From: Takakia lepidozioides
Lineage: Eukaryota > Plantae > Bryophyta
Direction: 5' to 3'
Assembly: GCA_030704615.1 (NCBI GenBank)
Contig: CM060734.1
Coordinates: 25,482,001-25,546,000 of the forward strand
DNA: 64,000 bases
Part shown: piece by piece, positions 37,386-49,800 of the stretch
Position numbering within the stretch: the first letter of the stretch is position 1
Layout of the letters: each line of letters starts with the position of its first letter
Notes under the pieces: model-generated
Seen by the model: only the letters and a program-made list of their open reading frames with translations
Told to the model about the DNA's origin: nothing
The model's database searches: none
Made by a program: the position numbers and the translations under genes

Positions 37386-38756
37386 TTAGCCATTTCTCCA
37401 AGGGGTTTAGCCACGCCAAGCTAGGGTTTGTGTCTCTTGGACTCTAGGCTTCTTTGCACCGAGCTATGGCGGCTGTGAAGAAATCAGCAAGGTATTCTTG
37501 CTCTTTCGGCTCCCACACACCACCAATAGTAGACCTAAGCCATGAGGAAGATGGTTGCCACAAACCAAGCCTTCTTTCTCACTTAGACTCCCCAAACACG
37601 CCACTAAACTCAATGGCAAACAACCAAGCCTTGCTGGTTTCCAGCCCTTGTGAGCACTCATTCAAGCGTTTCCCTTGGCCATAGCATCTGTCTTAGAGCC
37701 TATTCCAGCCCCTACACCTGCCACTTCAAGAGCCATGCTCTATCTAGGCTTGAGGTTGAAACCCCAACTCAGAACACGCTCTACAAGTGTCGGACTGTCA
37801 CATAAGAGCAGATCAGCCCCTTACCTTCTCTTCTAGTTCTCTAAAGCTTGAAAACAAAAGCCCAATGGACTGAAGGCATGCTCCACACATGCCCCACTCT
37901 CACCACCAGAGAATCAGCCCCTTTGCTTTCTTTCTTGCACCCACCAACCTGAAAATACACGCTTCAGCGGGCTGGAAGCATGCTCCACACATGCCCTACA
38001 GGGAAACCAGCCCCTTCCTTCCTTTCTTGCACTCCCAAACCTGAAAGTACAAGACTTCAACAGGCTGAAAGCATGCTCCACACATGCATTGCTCTCACAT
38101 AAGGGAAGTCAGCCCTTCCCTCTTCCTTGCTTGCCCTCCAAGCTTGAAGATGGAAGCTTCAATGAGCTGAATACATGCTCCACACATGCAACCTCTTCAC
38201 ACAAGAGGTATCAGCCCCCTATCTTGGCTCCTTAGCTCCTTGATGCTCTCTAAGACAAGACTAAGCACTCCACAGCCCTTGCCAAGCCCCTGAAACCCTA
38301 AGGCTTACATTTCCAGCCGCAAGACACTCCTCTTGTGGTGCAAGAGCTCTTCTTCCAAGCTCTGAAACCCTAGGTGTACATTCCATGGCCTTGCCGCACC
38401 TCTTAGCTCTTGTTCCAGCCCTGCTCTTGCCATGACAAGAGCCCTCTCAATGCTGAAGCTCGAGATTGAAACCCAATCTCAACATACTCCACAAAGTGCA
38501 CTGATTTGCCCCAAGCCAAATCAGCCCTTTCGCTTGGTCTTGCAATCTTGCAGCATGGTGCTTTCATCTCTGAAGCTGAAGATCAAATGCCAAGGTCTAC
38601 CACCTCGTAACCCACATCGCCTCCGCTTCTAACAACCAAGAGCTCCACGGTGCTCCTTGCATAACAACCTGGTTTCTCTCATTCTCAAGCAAAAACCACA
38701 AGTGCTACAAGTAACTCGTATCTGGCACTCACAGATACGAGCTCATCTTTCTCGAG

Positions 38757-39080
38757 TGATAAAGAAGAAGAATACAAGCACAAGCTCATGCGAGCTCACA
38801 AAGCTGAAGCATAAACTCATGCATATATAACCTCATCACTCAAATACAAGTCAAGCCAAGTGCACCCCACGCCATGGGGACCCACACTACGGCGCCATAG
38901 CTAGGCGCGGTGAGGCTCAACTCGAGAAAGATGAGCCTCCCGCGCTTGCCGTGAAGATAACCACTCCAGGGCCTAAATCTACCTTGGCCTTCTTTGACAC
39001 TTGGGCCAATCTCAAATGTCAATATGTAAAAGCTAGCTATTTCCTAGCTAGTTTCACACTAGTGGTAAAATAACTTGACA
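38757..39080 (-). repeat. Terminal repeat A (5' copy)
   Basis: Direct repeat of 27890-28216. Sense reads TGTCAA...TTATCA. Confidence 0.95.
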
Positions 39081-39106
39081 TGCGCTTGCTTGAGTGTGCG
39101 AAGGGA

Positions 39107-39900
39107 CAATTGAAGTAGCAGGGATGGATTGTGGGTCCAGGTTCAGCCGAGAGGGGCAAATTTCAATTGAAGTAGCAGGGATGGATTGTGGGTCCAGATT
39201 CAGCCGAGAGGGGCAGATTTCAAGAACAAGCTAGAGTACCCTGATTCCCTGTGGATTGATACCTCCAACAAACCTGAATGGTAGATGGTCAACTGGAAGC
39301 AGTAGCAACGACACACTTTGACTACACACACAAGCAACACACACAAGAGGTCTTTTTGGGTTGACAGTCAAATCCTCCATGAGTCATGACACAACGTCGA
39401 GGACAATGTGGTGAGGGCACCTTTTTCTTCAACCTATTTCTGTAAGGTGCCTTGTTGGGTGGATATGTGGTGGTTTGGGGTGAATTAGACAAGATTCTGC
39501 CGATGTGGCAGCATGAAAGTATCCCAAAACAGACATGAGGAGAAGCATTGCAATGAACACTTTTCCAACCCCACTCAATGGTGGGACAATGAAGACAAAA
39601 AGGTGAATGCTCGTTGGACTACGGTGAGAAGCATATGCAATTCAGAATTGGAACCACCGTAATAAGTAGGGTTGGGGTGTTTGCTGGAAGAACTTCACGT
39701 CGTCAGTGTCAGCTGCTAGGAGCTTTGCCTCCAATGTATTCATGATTTGTACACAGGCAGGGAAGGACAAGGGATAGAGGTCCAGATTCATCGAAGAGGG
39801 CCGGATTTCAACCCCAACATTACTTCTGATTCCCTATGGATCAGTAGCTACAAGAAATTGGCGTGGGTAGATGGTCAACTGGAAATAACAGCGGCAACAG
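39107..39900 (+). pseudogene. OSB-type PDF-motif gene relics
   Basis: PRGADFKNKLEYPDSLWID, FSNPTQWWDNEDKKVN, and RGPDFNPNITSDSLWISSYKKLAWVDGQL. A ~57-bp tandem duplication lies at 39107-39220. Confidence 0.7.
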
Positions 39901-39959
39901 CACAATTGATAGAAGAAGGCACCTTCTTCAGCACATTTCAAGGACAAGGAAAATGTGGT

Positions 39960-42900
39960 GAGGCAATCCCCTATGACATAGCACAAACCCTGACTATTCC
40001 AGAGAGAGTCACCAGCTGGACTGCCAGAGGTTGCAGAAGTATGAAGACGGAACCCAAAGCTAGGAGCTGTCCAGGGGAACAGGTGTTGTCAGGATAGTAA
40101 GAGACGTGGTTCACCTGTCGCTTTGCCAGCACCCACCAGCTGGAGATATGTGATATAGTTCACCGGCGCCTCCGAAATGGAGATTTGGTGTATGCCAATG
40201 GGCCACCATCAGTCCATGCGCACTCTCCAATGGCCTAACAAGTGGTGTTACACTCAGGTATCGTGCTGGCGATAAATCCAATGATTTGTCCTCCATACAA
40301 TGCAGATTTTGATGGGGACATTCTTTCACCTTTTCGTTCCACAATCACTGGAAGCCATGGCTGAACTACAAGAGCTGATGACACTGCAACAACAAACGAT
40401 CAGCTCCGAAGGAGGGCAGCCGCTACTTGGACTTAGCCAGGATACTCTGCTTGCTGCTCACTTGATAACTAGCACTAAGGTGCTATTGGACAAAGTTCGT
40501 TTAGTGCAACAGTTGACTATGTGGGCATCGGTCCCACTGCTAGAAGAAACTATCGTCAAATCGCTTGAAGGAGGCCTTTCTAGACTGGAGTTCAAATGTA
40601 TGTGTTGACATTGCCAGCAGGTCTTGACCGAATCAGCTGATGACAAGGTTCTCATCAGGAATGGCGAGATTTGAAGTGCACCGACTCCAAATGGCTGCAA
40701 GGAGGTAATGACAGGTGGGGCGAAGAGGAGCCCTAGAGCTGTTAAAAGTCAGCCAAACGCATTCTACATACCTGGCTATCATTGCAAGGCTTCAGTGCAA
40801 GGCTGCCCGATTTCCTTGTGCCCTTGGACTCAAAGTAGAGACAGAATATGTTGTGCGTTGTCAACATTGAGTGTCTTGAAAGGGCGATGTACCAAGCTGT
40901 GGAGCAGATGCGATGCCTAATCATCCATGAAAGTGGATTTTGATCAATGCTTTGGTAGATCTATCGTTGACCTGACGAGCTTCACCAAAAAAGTGACTAA
41001 CGTGGAGGATGCCATAAAAAAGCATTTGAAGCCTCTGCTGCCCACATAGAAGATATTCTCTCTAATACCATGCAGGGTGGTGGAAGCTCACTGCTTGATA
41101 TGGCGAGGTCAGGAAGCAAAGGTTCTACGCGTAAACTGGTGGAGCAGTGTGCTTGCATGGGGCTTGAGCTATATAAAGGTGAGCATCTGCTTCCCTTCGC
41201 ACGAGTGCAACATGAGGCAAAGACAAAATTTCAACTGACCAAATGCTGGGAGGCTCATGGATTTGTACAAGGATCATTGGTAGATGGATTGAGAATTTTG
41301 GAGCTTTTCAACCACACCATTGCCAACAGAACTGGCATACTTCGCAAACATGTAGAGGTGATACAACCGGGAACTCTTTTCAACGCCTTTTATATGCTAT
41401 TCCTCAGAGATACATATTGCGTATGATGAAATTGTCCGTAGTCAGTAGTGGGCAAAATATTGTACAGTTCTGTTATGGTAGCTTCGACACAATGGACGAG
41501 GGCGGAAGTGACTCTGTGCAGGGGTTCAAATGGAGTCAGTCAAAACTGGCAAGTGAAGCAGTTGGAGTGTTGGCAGCCAGTGCCATATGTCAGGCAGCTT
41601 ATGAGGTTATGCTGGGATAATCCTTACTTGAGTGGGTCTTTCAAACATCGGCGGCTCGAGCGCGTGCAGGTATTTGAGTACCACTAAAAGGGCCATCTTC
41701 GTTTGAGAGCCTTAGCATGTGAAGTGCATAATCTAGTCTCACCTGCTGCAGATTTGGTGCATTTGATTTATGGAACCTGTTTACAAATATAGAGGACTGC
41801 TCTTTGAAGTCATTGGTGGACTAACATGTGCTCGTGCAAACCACAGGAACTCCATATCCCTGGTTGATGAATGCGTCATGATTAAGCTTGCCTTATGTGA
41901 CTGCTTGAAGCCTTGGTGTCACGAGAAGAAAGTGCTTGAAGTTCAAGACCACTTATGGAAGATTCCTCTCAAGATGCTTGTAAGGAAGCTCACTAAGAGG
42001 GGGATAAATTATAGTCATTTAATTGGTTTTACCATAGGCTTATGACTACATATATTGTGCCCAATGCACGTTATTATGCAATGTGCAGAAGGGGCCCATT
42101 GGGGTAGGGAGCATGAAGTATCAGTTTGGTAAGGAAGACAAAGGACCTGCCGGTAGCATGGTTTTAACTCCTCTAGTGTTGCAAGTTACTGGGTTGTCTC
42201 TTACCATGCATTCCACCCTGAAATTTTCATGTCTGTGCTCTAATAAGTGTTACAGAGTGGTTTTTGCATGCTCTCATATGATGAATCACTTGTTATATAC
42301 GAGGTTGGCAGGTTTTGGAACATGAAGAACCTCCGTGTGGGAATGAATGGTGCATTGGTGCGTTTGGCAGGGTCAACTGGGTTGGGTGTGTTGGGTTGTG
42401 AAGGGTAATATTCCCACCTGCAATTATATTAGGACAACCTCATGCCCGAGGCTTGGTGCCAAGTGATCCCTTTCAATGTTGTATGCGATGTCAGGGATGT
42501 ATGAACCTCAAGGAGAGAGCCCTAGATAGATGCAACAACTGGTGGGTGTGAGTGCATGAGCTGCAGCCAGAAATGTTCTTCCATAAATCCAGTATTCTAG
42601 GAACTGCCTGCAACGCAATTTCAAAAATATAACTTGGTGTAGACCAACATCTTTGCCTCTCTCTGCTTGTGCCAGCTCTTCTCACTACCCCCAACTCTGT
42701 TGTTTTTCAGTACTTGAACCACATATGTGAAAACTGATTATGACAATTGTGTTGAGAATTTCAGTGAGGGAAATGCCTCATGAGAGGCCACCCTTATTAA
42801 AAATAACATTGTCAATGGCAGTGGCAGATATGAAATGTGAAGTCTTTAGTCATGTCGATCCATGGATGGAAGGAAAATGAAGAGTGATTCTCCAAATCTA

Positions 42901-43040
42901 ATGTGCTGCCCCTTTTGCAGGTCAAATTGCAGCAATGTAAATTGACAATGGAAGAGATCTTGTGCTGCCACAGAAAAAAGTTCAGTGCCATCATGAGAAT
43001 CACGAAGAAAAATCCTGCCGAGCAGATATTTTCGGTCACA
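39960..43040 (+). pseudogene. RNA polymerase IV/V largest subunit (NRPD1/NRPE1-like), decayed
   Basis: IAQTLTIPERVT, VHRRLRNGDLVYANGPPSVHAHS, metal-A site CPPYNADFDGD, HLFVPQSLEAMAELQELM, LLDMARSGSKG..KLVEQ..CMGL, PGTLF..FLRD, and EAVGVLAASAICQAAY. Many frameshifts and stops. Confidence 0.87.
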
Positions 43041-43159
43041 GGCCTGATGTTGAAAATGAGCTCTTGTATTACTTATCGTGCCATTTTCAGGTTTAAGGGC
43101 CAGCAAGGCAATGAATGGATATCGATGGGAGGCTAAGAAATTTTGAATTCTTGACATAG

Positions 43160-43310
43160 CCAATAGCCCTCCAATATGCAATAGCCCTCCAATAGCCATT
43201 TCCCCTTGGGGAATAGCCATTACCCCTCCATTACCCTTGTAGAGTAAGGGGGAGAATAGCCATTTCCCCCTGGAAATCGCCATTCTCAGTGGGAATAGCC
43301 ACTTATCCTG
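43160..43310 (-). repeat. GGCTATTCCC-motif array (copy 4, inverted), ending in CTG
   Basis: Ends GGGAATAGCCACTTATCCTG and is homologous to copies 1-3. Confidence 0.6.
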
Positions 43311-44129
43311 GAATTATTTGTACGTGTACACATAATGATCACTTCGTGCAGATCCATAATCTTGAAAATAGAGTTTTAGATTCACATAGCTATTAGCTTG
43401 AATGTGCAGTGGATCACCTACAGGATAAGCTCCAACGATGACATGACCATGAATGTCTCTTAGTACACTATGATATTGTAGAACATTCTTACTACACTAG
43501 GATGTTGTGAGCACAAAATATGTGGTCTGCTCATGCATGGACGCTTTGCTGGTATAGCGTTGCCATGCGGGGAGTGATCCCCTACAACTGCGGTTGAGCG
43601 GTACTAAAGATGCTGTCCAGCTCCTTGAAATTTTAAGCTACCCCAACTGTTAAAATGTCTGAAAACATACCGGAAATAATTATACTGGAAAATTCAAAGC
43701 CTAATGGTCAATATCACGCACTAGTTCATGGCTAAAAGGTGGTGACTCCCACTTTGACGGCTAAAAGCCAGTGACTCAAACGTTCAGGCATTGCAGGTGG
43801 GTTCTTCGTCGTTTTGGGTTGCATGCTGTAGATCCCTTACACATCTCCAGCTCTCTAATTAATGTCGCATCAGCCGGGCAAAGGAGCATACCCTCTTAAC
43901 CTGAAAATCATGAAACAAATTGCGATATAAGTGTGAGCAAAATACCTTATAAGGGACTATGCCAACCGTCCATCTACGACAGTGATTCCTACATAAGTGT
44001 TATGATAGGGAATCTACAATCAGAAATTAGATTGCTATAAGTGTGAGCAAAATAAAAGGGACATGCCAAGAGTTTATTTACAAAAGTGTACCCTACATAA
44101 GTGTGCGGTGCAACGGTGCTATATTTACC

Positions 44130-44265
44130 AACTATCTAGTCCTTGGAGGACTGCCACTTACAGTAACTACCGAGTCCTCCAAGGACTGCCACTTGTAACT
44201 ACCCAGTCCTTGGAGGACTGCCACTTGTAACTACCTAGTCCTTGGAGGACTGTCACCTATAACTA
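44130..44265. repeat. 31-bp tandem repeats AGTCCTTGGAGGACTGCCACTTGTAACTAC (x4)
   Basis: Same family as 26720-26822. One core is inverted (AGTCCTCCAAGGACT). Confidence 0.85.
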
Positions 44266-44394
44266 ATTATTTAACAGAATCCACAATGAAATTTATTCTT
44301 TATTCACTGATTGAAAGACAAGATAGACTCTTTGTGAAATGTATACATATACCTGATGTAGATGTTGTTGTTCATCTACCCGATGTTGTTGGAC

Positions 44395-45611
44395 TTAAGC
44401 CATTCCATACACGCCCTCACCATCCGTAATAGCAAGCATGATTTTGCTGGTCATGGATTTCATGGTATCATAGTTGGGTATCATGAACTCCTGAAAACAT
44501 GTCCGAGCAAAAGGTAATGATAGTTTGGATATCGACGCATCATGCACAATGGAGATTTTGTCAACCTCCGAGAAGTAATGAGAGTCTATGATGAACTTGT
44601 GGAGACGATGTCTTTCATAGAACGTCATTGATTTCACAAGCTCCTCGAACCAAGAACATAATTGTACTGGAAAATCAGGGCTATATGTGCAAGACAATAG
44701 AAATTCATCCGTTGTAAAAGTCAGTTTTGCATTGAATACAGTGAGTAATGAGGTCACTGTCAACTGTGTCTTCACTTCAAATTGCTTCAGATCGTTGAGC
44801 ACATCCTGTGAGATTCGACCGGTATCATCCTTTTCTAAACTGTTGATGGCAAAGTAGAAACCTCTCTTAGAACTGCTCCAGTTGCAGAACATTTTGTAAA
44901 TAACAAATATTTCATGATGGATCTGTAAGTTGAATCAATTGAGCAAGGGGATCCCTCCACTTGAGATTTGTCCTTCACTTCCATCTTCAAGATGAACACT
45001 ATAATGTCCTAGAAACGATCATCCGTAATAAGTTCTTGTCTATACTCTTCTTTGGAGGTCTCATCTTCCATATTCTTGAGAACCTGGAAAGCATGAACAT
45101 GGTTGGGAAAACGCTCATTCATGTCTCTTTCATACAATAACAGCGTCTCCCGATTTACTCCTGTATCCCAATTTGGAATATCTCTGGTTGCATGGGCCAA
45201 TGTGCTCGTTGCTCAAAACCTCATTGTCTTTCAAATGATGGACAACACGGCGTATTTGGGGATTGCCAAAGACTGAGTGAACACACTGCACATGACAAAG
45301 GATATGATTATAAATTGGATCTATACCATTAAGCAACTACAACAACAATGTAATATAATATACACACACCCTATATGATAGATTATTAAAATGCTTACCC
45401 CTGAGTTATTGAAAAATTATTTCCATGCGGACGTTAAAAATTTTCGAGTAGGACCACCGATGTCAGTAGTGCCTTCCTCCAGAATACTGACTCCATTATG
45501 AAATTGGGATATTGCTATGTACTTCACAAATAACATTGGAATGCACAGTCCATCTCGGTTTTGGCCATCGAAGAAAGTCCATAATGTCTCCAACTCCATC
45601 CCTGCCTTCAC
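44395..45611 (-). pseudogene. Divergent HECT-domain E3 ubiquitin ligase (3' end of a longer degraded gene extending to ~48634)
   Basis: HECT N-lobe EEGTTDIGGPTRKFL and C-lobe WFEELVKSM..LHKFI..LPFARTCFQEFMIPNY..KIMLAI..GVYG with the catalytic Cys retained. Confidence 0.75.
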
Positions 45612-46679
45612 CTTTCAGCCAACGTAAGCAAATGGGTAAGAATTACTCGAGCAGTTTATCATGATTTAAATGCATGAAGCACCATCTATGGATTATAGGC
45701 AGATGAAATGAAACCACCTGTAATTCAGTTTTGTCCAACTGAAGTGCCGCAAGAGTGTAGGTAGTCATCCTATGTTTCAAGTGATGTTGTATGTGGGCTT
45801 CATATGCATCACCACACTTTCAATGCAATCCTTAGTTGTATGGCCCTCATGTCGATTTTTTGGTTGTCCTCCTTGTATCCATCCATTGCTTTGGTATAAT
45901 TAGCTTGTCTGGAAACCATAGCCTCCAGTCCCAATAAGCTTACACCCTTCGCTTTTGGCATCTCCTTGACTACTTGCCACAATTCAGCAGCTGACATGCT
46001 ACCAATTATAAATTTGCCATCGATTAAACTTGACAGTAATTCCCATTCTTCCCAATCAGGTTTTGCATGCCCTTCAAAGATGCTTTGTATTTCATATTTT
46101 GAGAACACAGACAATGACGGGTTGTTCTCCAACAAAATCTCCAAATGAGTATCCACGAGTTCATCACTTAGGCCAAGGTGATCGTTTCATCTTCCAAGCA
46201 ACATAGCCAATGTTGAGCTTGCTGCAAGATCACTCTTGTCTATTTCATGTTGTGAGCTCTCCATGCATCTGTAAAGGTTGTCCCATTTGATGAGCTTGTC
46301 AACATGTACATGGGGGTCACAAGTAGAATTAAAACCTTCTAACATTCCTTCACCAACTTGCAAAATTCAACATGAGAATTTAGGGACGACTCTGATAACA
46401 GGGAAAAACAAGGTGAAATGTGTTGAAGAAGGTGCCTTCATTGCAGTGCCTTGTTCTATCGATCCGAAATTGCATCTGCTTCTCTCTGTAGCCCAACAAG
46501 CATGCACCTTTTTGTCTCCATTGTCCCATCATTGACTGGGGTCGGAAAAGTGTTCATTCGAAAGCTTCTCCTCATCTCTGTTATCTGTTTTTGGATACTT
46601 TCCTGCTGCCACATTAGTAACTTGTCAAAGTCACTCCAAACCACCACAGATCCACCCAACGAGCTAACTTACAGAATTC

Positions 46680-46890
46680 AATATGCATCTCAGGACCGAG
46701 TCTGATGAGAGGGAAAAACAGGCTGAAATAGGTCGAAGAAGAAGGTGCCCTCACCACATTGTCCTTGACCTTGTGTCATGATGCATGGAGGATATGACCG
46801 ACCATCAACCCAAAAGGACCACTTGTGTGTGCTGCTTGTGTGTGTTAGTTAGGTCGGATTGGTCTGTGAGAACCACCACGGTGCATCTGA
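46680..46890 (-). repeat. Dispersed PDF-motif-derived repeat inside the HECT-gene region
   Basis: Homologous to 60200-60345 and 60580-60790, and (inverted) to 39340-39440. Confidence 0.7.
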
Positions 46891-49800
46891 ACATTCTTGC
46901 CTTACTTATCAACACCTTTCAGCTCACTCACTCGTATTATTCTCTACTGGCCGCTTGGTTTAGGACATGTAGTTCCCTGTCGGCTGCCTTCCACGTAGAT
47001 TCCAATAATATCACCCGTGAGGCAAAATCCTCTTCAAATTTATATCTGTTGGTTTTGGCCACAAGAGCTATTGTCATAGGTGTGTTTCCTGGAGAAAACA
47101 CATTCAACACGCTAGATGATTCCAGATCAATAAAATTAGTATGTGTTGACATACTAATGGGAGGTTCAACATGATCGGAACAATCCACTTCAACGCTTTC
47201 AGAAGATGCCATCGGTCGTTTGCGACGTGAACCATTTGAACTGGAGCAAACCTCGGGAATAGTCACACTTCTTACTCTTGGAAAGTGTGCCTGTATGGCA
47301 GTCCGGTGGTTATGCACAACGTTGGTTCCTGGAACAGACAATGCCACAACCTTGTCATTATTTAAGGACACGTGACAAGAAGTAGCTGTTGGTTGAGGGA
47401 ATGGAAAACATTGGAGGAGGATGGTGATCTTTTTGGTTCCATAGCCTCGTCCTCAACATCATCATCTTCGACTTGATCATTGTTGTTCACTGTATATTCC
47501 ACAACAAATTCCCTTCGTTGAAGTAGGCTTGCCGATTTCACATACTCGTCCACTTGATTTTGGACTAGAAGATAATAAGGATCAGGTATGTAAATATTCT
47601 GAACAAGCCCCACATCCAAAAATTTAGCATCACATAAATTTAAACATTATAATCAATACAAATCTCAAAAAGAAATGTGCACGTACTCTGCAGCTAAGTA
47701 AACTGGTTGTATTGAATACATGCAAAAAGGACAAGCAAATCAAAGACCATTTATTGTATTTGAAACTTACCTTTGGTCTCCCCCCTTTTTTTGTAGGAAG
47801 GTGTGACCAGATTTCATCTTTGCAAAGGTAGAAAATAGACTCCGGTAACACCAATCCAAGTCCTTTTCGTGCAACATCCTTCTCATTGGCAATGTAATAA
47901 AAGAACCCTGCAATGTTTGCAAACTCTGGTTTTTGATAAAAATTTGCAGCAACCTGAGCAATATACTTCTAACCAGTCCCCTCGGCAAAGCTCACGTTCG
48001 GATTTCCATACATCCCGCCCCACTTTGTTTCTGGCGGCAGACTAACAGTGAGACATTCTCGCGCAGTAGATTTAATTCTTCTTGTGACTGTACCTACCAA
48101 TGTTGGATGTTCAATCGTGTCAATCTCCAATGGAAGGGCTATGTGACGTTCCATAGATTGGGGCCTGCGATCACGGTTGCTTATGCCAGTATTGTGGCCA
48201 ACACTTGGAAATTGAAATCGGGGTGTGAGAGACCTAGATGTTCGGAGGGTGCTCCCTGTCGGTGTTCTTGGTCGGGGAAGTAAGCCATAATGTCTTCCAC
48301 CTACATGTTCAAAGGAAAAATTAAAAGCATAGCTATTGGTAACCTCGCTTGTCAGGCTTTGTGGATACGTGACAATGTTCACAGCAGGATCTTCTGGTCG
48401 TATTACAGTTGTAGCACTTGGTGAAGCTGTCATATTTAAGCAAGTTCTACTTTCAGAAGCAGCACCTGTTGCAGCGCCTGAAGTCCCTCGTGAGTGTGAG
48501 CGAGTTACACTTGCAACGCCAGTAGAAGTCCCCAGGGAGCCAACGTTGGGAGCCATCTCTCGACCATCAACTTGAATTGATTCACGACGTAATGTTTGTC
48601 CACGTGACGATTGTCTATACAAATTAGACTGCATTTTGTCGAGCTAAAAGGCCACACAAAACCAACGAAAATTCGCACCTACTTCTCCTTCAGAAACTTG
48701 TCATTTCAAGCATTCAGAACACACATCGTCCATCCTGAGAAACAACAGGAGAACCACCACCAAAGATTTTAGTGAGGGTTTCATTCTAATCATTTGATAT
48801 TGAACAACACCAACCGGAGTATGACCACACTGTCACACGATCGAGTTCCAAGTCACTGCAGTTAGAAAGGGCAACTGTAAGTTTCAATGTCTATCAATGA
48901 TAAGAGAGAGAGTATACGACGCTCCTAGTAACATTGAGGTTATATAATGACAAAGTCTGACCGTGAGGTTAGTGTTTATGAAGTCGGCTGTGTGGTCAGT
49001 CAGTATCATAGTCCTTGGCAAATTTGGGACAGAGAAAATAGCCAACAAGTTTTTCAATGAAGCATGAAAAGCCAAGCGGTTCTGAAGTAGTTAAGTTGCA
49101 AATATTTGTAACTTGTAGAAAGAAGCAAAGAACCGCCTTGGAAGAATATGTAGACGTGTCACTGTGAATAGCTCGTATACAAGCACCGGATCCGTAATGA
49201 TGTACCTGGTTGCAGGAGTAAGGGTCTCGAGCAATTACCTGAAAGTTGCGTTGGATTCTAGTCTTGCGCGTCAATCTTCCCAAGTGTCAATCTTCGCTAC
49301 TTCAGGCCTGCACAACAATAGCAGCATGAGCTTACATTTCCAAGTTATTCCTTTCTTTTGTATGAGATGATCCGAGCCTACAACAGCGCAATATCCATAG
49401 ACACGTCCAAACATAAAGGGTCCGGCTGCAGCATGACCGTGGCTAGCAAATGGACTTCAAAGTGGGTAAAGTGGTCCATTTATGGCAAACTCCGAGATGG
49501 ATGGACAAAGAACCTCCATCTCTCAATCAAAACGAACACGCCTTAATCTTCGAGTTAGAGTGTCGAATTATTGGATCTTGAGGTGGTGCACAAAAATTAC
49601 CTTCTCAGATATTAAGACTTCCCCACAACTTTCAAGCACAACCAGCAAGAGAGAAACACAAAAGAACCTACCATAATGCAAGGTAATTTGGGCAACTCGT
49701 GCATTCATTCATAAGGTTGGCAGCGGCAGATTAAATTCCTAATCACCTTAGCACTAAGTATGTGGTATTAGTATCATCTCCTTGTTCCTGCTGTAATTAG

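Larger units (their letters stand above)
27720..39080 (-). mobile_element. Ty3/gypsy-type retrotransposon carrying a DNA cytosine methyltransferase and a PHD finger, with split direct repeats (A-gag-pro-DNMT-RT-RH-IN-PHD-B-A-B)
   Basis: Domain order gag, protease, RT (YIDD), RNaseH, DDE integrase. Repeat A at 38757-39080 and 27890-28216. Repeat B at 28219-28394 and 27720-27888. PPT-like AGGGGGCGA immediately before B. Confidence 0.92.
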
